Assembly: GCA_016794505.1 (NCBI GenBank)
Contig: JAEUJZ010000076.1
Coordinates: 128,001-192,000, forward strand
Reading direction: 5' to 3'
Length of the DNA stretch: 64,000 bases
Source of the DNA: Myxococcales bacterium
GTDB taxonomy: Bacteria; Myxococcota_A; Polyangia; Palsa-1104; JAEUJZ01
Shown: piece after piece, positions 60,640 to 64,000 of the stretch
Layout: every line of letters begins with the position of its first letter
Position numbering within the stretch: the stretch's first letter is position 1
Position numbers and translations under genes: made by a program
Notes under the pieces: model-generated
Database searches by the model: none
Told to the model about the DNA's origin: nothing
The model's input: only the letters and a program-made list of their open reading frames with translations

Positions 60640-61923
60640 TTATGTGGCCTGGCAGTGCAGCCCGATGTCGCTGCGATGCTGCTGGTCTGCGAAGTGAACG
60701 GCGCGAGCCGCTTGATACGCGCGATGGCGGGCCAGCTTGGCGTCGTCGGCCTGCGCAACGACGGTCAGTACGCGACCGCCCGCGGTCACAAGATGGCTAC
60801 CGTGGCGTTGCGTGCCGCTGTGCAAGATGCGCGCTCCGCTTGCGGTGACGGCCGCTTCATCGACGGTGATGATGTCGCCGGTTCGCGGCGCTTGCGGATA
60901 CCCCGCGCTGGCCAAGACCACAGCGCAGCTAGATCGAGCAGCGATCTGCAGCGCTACCTGCCGCAGGGTGCCGCGCAGCATCGCTTGGCACAGGTGAAAA
61001 AAGTCACCGTCACGCAAGCGCGGCAAGATCGCCTGGGCCTCGGGATCGCCCCAGCGCACATTGAACTCAAGCAGCATGGGTCCGCGCGCCGTCAGCATGA
61101 TGCCCACGAACAAGAAGCCGACAAATGGCGTGCCGCGTGCGGCCAGTGCAGCCAGTGTGGGACGAACGATGCGGTCTTGCACAGCGCGCTCGATCGCCGA
61201 CGTCACGATCGGGCTCGGGCTGATGGCTCCCATGCCGCCCGTGTTGGGACCGCGGTCCCCATCCAGCAGGCGCTTGTGATCGCGCGCGTGCGAAAGCGGC
61301 ACAAAGTCGGTCCCGGCGCAGGCGTAAAACAGCGAGGCTTCTTCGCCATACAGACGCTCTTCCAGAAGCAGTGTCCTGCCTGCGGCGCCCAAGGAACCGG
61401 CCAGAAGCTCGCGGCCGATCGCAAGGCTGTCCTCGATCGTGTCGGGCAAAAAGACGCCCTTGCCGGCAGCCAAGCCATCGGCTTTGAGCACCGGCACACC
61501 CACCCAGCCAGCCAGCGCCGACCGCAGCGTGGCATCGCTGTCCACGACGACGAACTGCGGGCCCGGCACACCGAGCGGGGCCGTAAGCGTACGCGCAAAA
61601 ACCTTGGAGGCCTCAAGCTGCGCCGCCGCCTGCGTGGGGCCGATGCACGGAATGCCCACCGCAGACAGCGCATCCGCAATGCCGGCGCACAGCCACGATT
61701 CGCCACCCGGCAGCACCCAATCGACGGCGTGCTCACGCGCCGCCTGCACGACCGCCGCCACATCGCTGCCTGCCAAGGCGATGGGACGGGCTAGCTCTGC
61801 GATGCCAGGGTTGCCCGGCGCGCACAACAGATCCAGATTGGCCACGTGACGAGCCGTTGCTAGCGCAAGCGCCAGTGCGTGTTCGCGCCCGCCACTGCCC
61901 AAGATGAGAATGCGTGTACGCAT
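60640..61923 (-). CDS. purD: phosphoribosylamine--glycine ligase
   Basis: '[14 protein letters not shown]', '[11 protein letters not shown]' and 'GPNTGGMGA' are collinear with E. coli PurD. Confidence 0.9.
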   Translation of the reverse strand: MRTRILILGSGGREHALALALATARHVANLDLLCAPGNPGIAELARPIALAGSDVAAVVQAAREHAVDWVLPGGESWLCAGIADALSAVGIPCIGPTQAAAQLEASKVFARTLTAPLGVPGPQFVVVDSDATLRSALAGWVGVPVLKADGLAAGKGVFLPDTIEDSLAIGRELLAGSLGAAGRTLLLEERLYGEEASLFYACAGTDFVPLSHARDHKRLLDGDRGPNTGGMGAISPSPIVTSAIERAVQDRIVRPTLAALAARGTPFVGFLFVGIMLTARGPMLLEFNVRWGDPEAQAILPRLRDGDFFHLCQAMLRGTLRQVALQIAARSSCAVVLASAGYPQAPRTGDIITVDEAAVTASGARILHSGTQRHGSHLVTAGGRVLTVVAQADDAKLARHRAYQAARAVHFADQQHRSDIGLHCQAT

Positions 61924-61950
61924 CGATCGCTGTGTCCGTTTGAGCGGTTC

Positions 61951-63543
61951 TTAGTGGCGAAAGTGACGGCGGCCGGTGAAGACCATGGCGATGCCATGGC
62001 GGTCGCAGGCTGCGATTGACTCGGCATCTCGTAGCGAGCCACCCGGCTGCACGATGGCGATGATTCCAGCCGCTGCTGCTGCTTCGACGCAGTCGGCAAA
62101 TGGGAAGAAGGCATCCGATGCCAGAAAGGCGCCGCGGGTACGCTCGCCCGCTTTGCGAAGGGCGATCCGCGTAGCATCGATGCGGCTCGATTGACCGGCT
62201 CCTACACCGACGAGCGCGCCGTCTCGCGCGATGGCGATGGCGTTCGATCGCAAGAGGCCCGCCGCGTGCATGGCCAAGCGCAGCGAATCCAGCCAGCCGG
62301 GCTCAAGCCCGCGCTGCGTGACGGTCTTCCAGTCGCTGCCGTCCGTACTGCCGGGATCGCTCGCTTGCCACAGCAGACCGCCGCCGATGCGATGCAGCTG
62401 ACAGCTTGGCGAAGAGGATCCAGGGGCCGCGCGCAAGAGCCGCAGGTTGCTCTTGTCGCGCAGCGCAGAGCGGGCTTCGTTCGTGATGTCCGGCGCGATG
62501 ATGCACTCAACAAACAGCTTGGCATCGACCATGCGCTGCGCGGTCTCGCCGCACAGCGGCCGATTCAGGCCGATGACGCCACCAAACGCCGCCACTTCAT
62601 CGGTCGCAAGGGCACGCGAAAACGCATCGGCCAGCGAGCTAGCTTGCGCCAAGCCGCAGGGGTTGTTGTGCTTGATGATCGCGCAGGACGGCGGCTGCAG
62701 CGGCTCCACCGCGCGATACGCAGCGTCGAGATCTAAGTAGTTATTGTAGGAGAGCTCTTTGCCTGAAACCTGCGTCGCATACGCCACGCCCGACGTCGTA
62801 CCCTGCTCGCGAAACAGCCGCGCGGCTTGATGCGGATTTTCGCCATAGCGCAGCGCGCTGTGCGAGACAAAGCGCGGCAGCAGATCCGGCGCAGCCGCGC
62901 TGTTTTCTGCATTCGCTGCATTTTCCGCGTTCGCTGCGCCCGCGCTCGCAGCGCTTGGCAGCGCGAACCATGCTGCGATCTCGGCATCGTATTGAGCGGT
63001 CCACTGAAAGGCGCGCCCCGCAAGCTGCCTGCGCAGTGTCGATGGAATCCCGCCTTCGGCCACAGCCGATACCACTTGTGCATAGTCCGCGGGATCAACC
63101 AAGACGCAGACACCACCCTGATGATTTTTCGCCGCGGCGCGGATCAGCGTCGGCCCCCCGATGTCGATCATCTCGATGATCTCGGCAGGCGACTTGCCGG
63201 CGGCCACGGTCTGCACAAAGGGGTACAGGTTGCAGACGACCAGATCGATCGTTGGATATCCCTGTTCTGCAAGCTGGGCCATGTGAGCAGACGATCGACG
63301 ATCGGCAAGCAGTCCGGCCGCGATCTTTGGGTGCAGCGTTTTGACACGGCCATCTAAGATCTCAGGCGCACCTGTGTAGGCTTCAACCGCAGTCACAGGC
63401 AGGCCAGCGTCTTTTAGCGTGCGCGCTGTGCCGCCCGATGCCAAAAGCTCGCAGCCATGGCCGGCCAGCGCAGCAGCGAGCTCGACGATGCCGCGCTTGT
63501 CGAAGACAGAAAACAGCGCGCGGCGGATCGGGCTGCGCTCCAT
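61951..63543 (-). CDS. purH: bifunctional AICAR formyltransferase/IMP cyclohydrolase
   Basis: '[18 protein letters not shown]' (MGS-like), and the AICARFT domain. Start taken at [10 protein letters not shown]; the alternative ATG at 63585 overlaps the purN stop. Confidence 0.9.
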   Translation of the reverse strand: MERSPIRRALFSVFDKRGIVELAAALAGHGCELLASGGTARTLKDAGLPVTAVEAYTGAPEILDGRVKTLHPKIAAGLLADRRSSAHMAQLAEQGYPTIDLVVCNLYPFVQTVAAGKSPAEIIEMIDIGGPTLIRAAAKNHQGGVCVLVDPADYAQVVSAVAEGGIPSTLRRQLAGRAFQWTAQYDAEIAAWFALPSAASAGAANAENAANAENSAAAPDLLPRFVSHSALRYGENPHQAARLFREQGTTSGVAYATQVSGKELSYNNYLDLDAAYRAVEPLQPPSCAIIKHNNPCGLAQASSLADAFSRALATDEVAAFGGVIGLNRPLCGETAQRMVDAKLFVECIIAPDITNEARSALRDKSNLRLLRAAPGSSSPSCQLHRIGGGLLWQASDPGSTDGSDWKTVTQRGLEPGWLDSLRLAMHAAGLLRSNAIAIARDGALVGVGAGQSSRIDATRIALRKAGERTRGAFLASDAFFPFADCVEAAAAAGIIAIVQPGGSLRDAESIAACDRHGIAMVFTGRRHFRH

Positions 63544-63581
63544 GTGGCCACGCGCGTCTCGTTCGGAATGGTTGCCAGGGC

Positions 63582-64000
63582 TCATGTCTCGTCTTTCCGA
63601 TAGGCAGTCGCAGGTGCATCCGTGGTTGCTGATGCCGACGATCTCGTCGACGCCTGGGTGTGCAAGGGCCCCCCACGTGCCATACGCTCAAGCAGCAGGC
63701 GCACGGCGCGGGGATAGATCGTGTGCTCGACTTCCGTGAGGATGCGCTGGGCCAAGCCCGCCTCGCCTTCATCGCCGCACACATCGATCGAGCCGGACAG
63801 AAGGACCGGCCCGGTATCGATGCCCGCGTCGACAAAGTGAACGCTGGCACCGGCCACGCGTACGCCGGCTCGCCACTGCGCAGCCACCGCAGCCAAGCCC
63901 GGAAAGTCCGGCAGCAGCGATGGATGAATGTTCAAGATGACACCCGGCCAGCGCGCGATGAAGTCCGCGCTCAGCAGGCGCATGTAGCCGGCCAAGAGAA
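63582..64000 (-). CDS. purN: phosphoribosylglycinamide formyltransferase (3' portion; gene continues beyond window)
   Basis: 'ILNIHPSLLPDFPGL' and 'SVHFVDAGIDTGPV' match the PurN C-terminal half. The N-terminus lies beyond position 64000. Confidence 0.8.
   Translation of the reverse strand, partial: LLAGYMRLLSADFIARWPGVILNIHPSLLPDFPGLAAVAAQWRAGVRVAGASVHFVDAGIDTGPVLLSGSIDVCGDEGEAGLAQRILTEVEHTIYPRAVRLLLERMARGGPLHTQASTRSSASATTDAPATAYRKDET

Noticed and set aside
63585-63585. Alternative purH start at the ATG overlapping the purN stop (ATGA)
   Set aside because: It would add ~14 residues before the conserved 'IRRALFSV' N-terminus, so the internal Met at 63543 fits PurH homologues better. Not excluded, given the pervasive ATGA coupling in this block.

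Overview
This is a high-GC (roughly two-thirds G+C by eye) bacterial chromosomal segment, gene-dense on both strands, with no recognisable transposase, integrase, CRISPR array, tRNA or rRNA. Several features point to a Myxococcota-type genome: a giant secreted repeat protein ending in a MYXO-CTERM-like sorting signal, two AgmX/PglI C-terminal-domain lipoproteins, an FHA-domain sigma-54 activator convergent with a PP2C phosphatase, and many lipoproteins. Contents in order: HutD-like and VOC genes; a tightly packed block lipoprotein -> B12-binding radical SAM -> Leu/Phe-tRNA protein transferase (aat) -> ArsM-like methyltransferase; a 7.3 kb gene for a 2440-aa surface protein built from 22 FN3-like Cys-pair domains arranged as a ~957-bp three-domain super-repeat; a clan GH-A glycosidase; a PHA-system protein, an FAD oxidoreductase, the FHA-sigma54 regulator and PP2C; three acyl-CoA dehydrogenases with a standalone B12-binding domain protein and the AgmX/PglI pair; tilS-ftsH; a Cys-rich secreted protein divergent from an M16 peptidase pair; a Tat-signal FAD oxidoreductase; GH31; SDR; a fused MFS/spermidine-synthase next to MltA; a paralogous pair of lipoproteins sharing an unassigned C-terminal domain; a lone BCKDH-type E1-alpha; an aminotransferase; a TolC-adaptor pair without a pump; and a >11 kb co-directional carB-carA-pyrC-pyrB-purK-purE-purD-purH-purN block with overlapping stop/start codons. 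Short AT-rich islands carrying perfect inverted repeats interrupt the GC-rich background at ~19.9-20.3 kb, ~29.2 kb, ~33.0 kb and ~43.9-44.1 kb. The most novel candidates are the super-repeat adhesin, the paralogous lipoprotein pair with its palindromic AT-rich spacer, and the rSAM-aat-arsM block. All calls rest on reading the translated ORFs and DNA by eye; no database searches were run.
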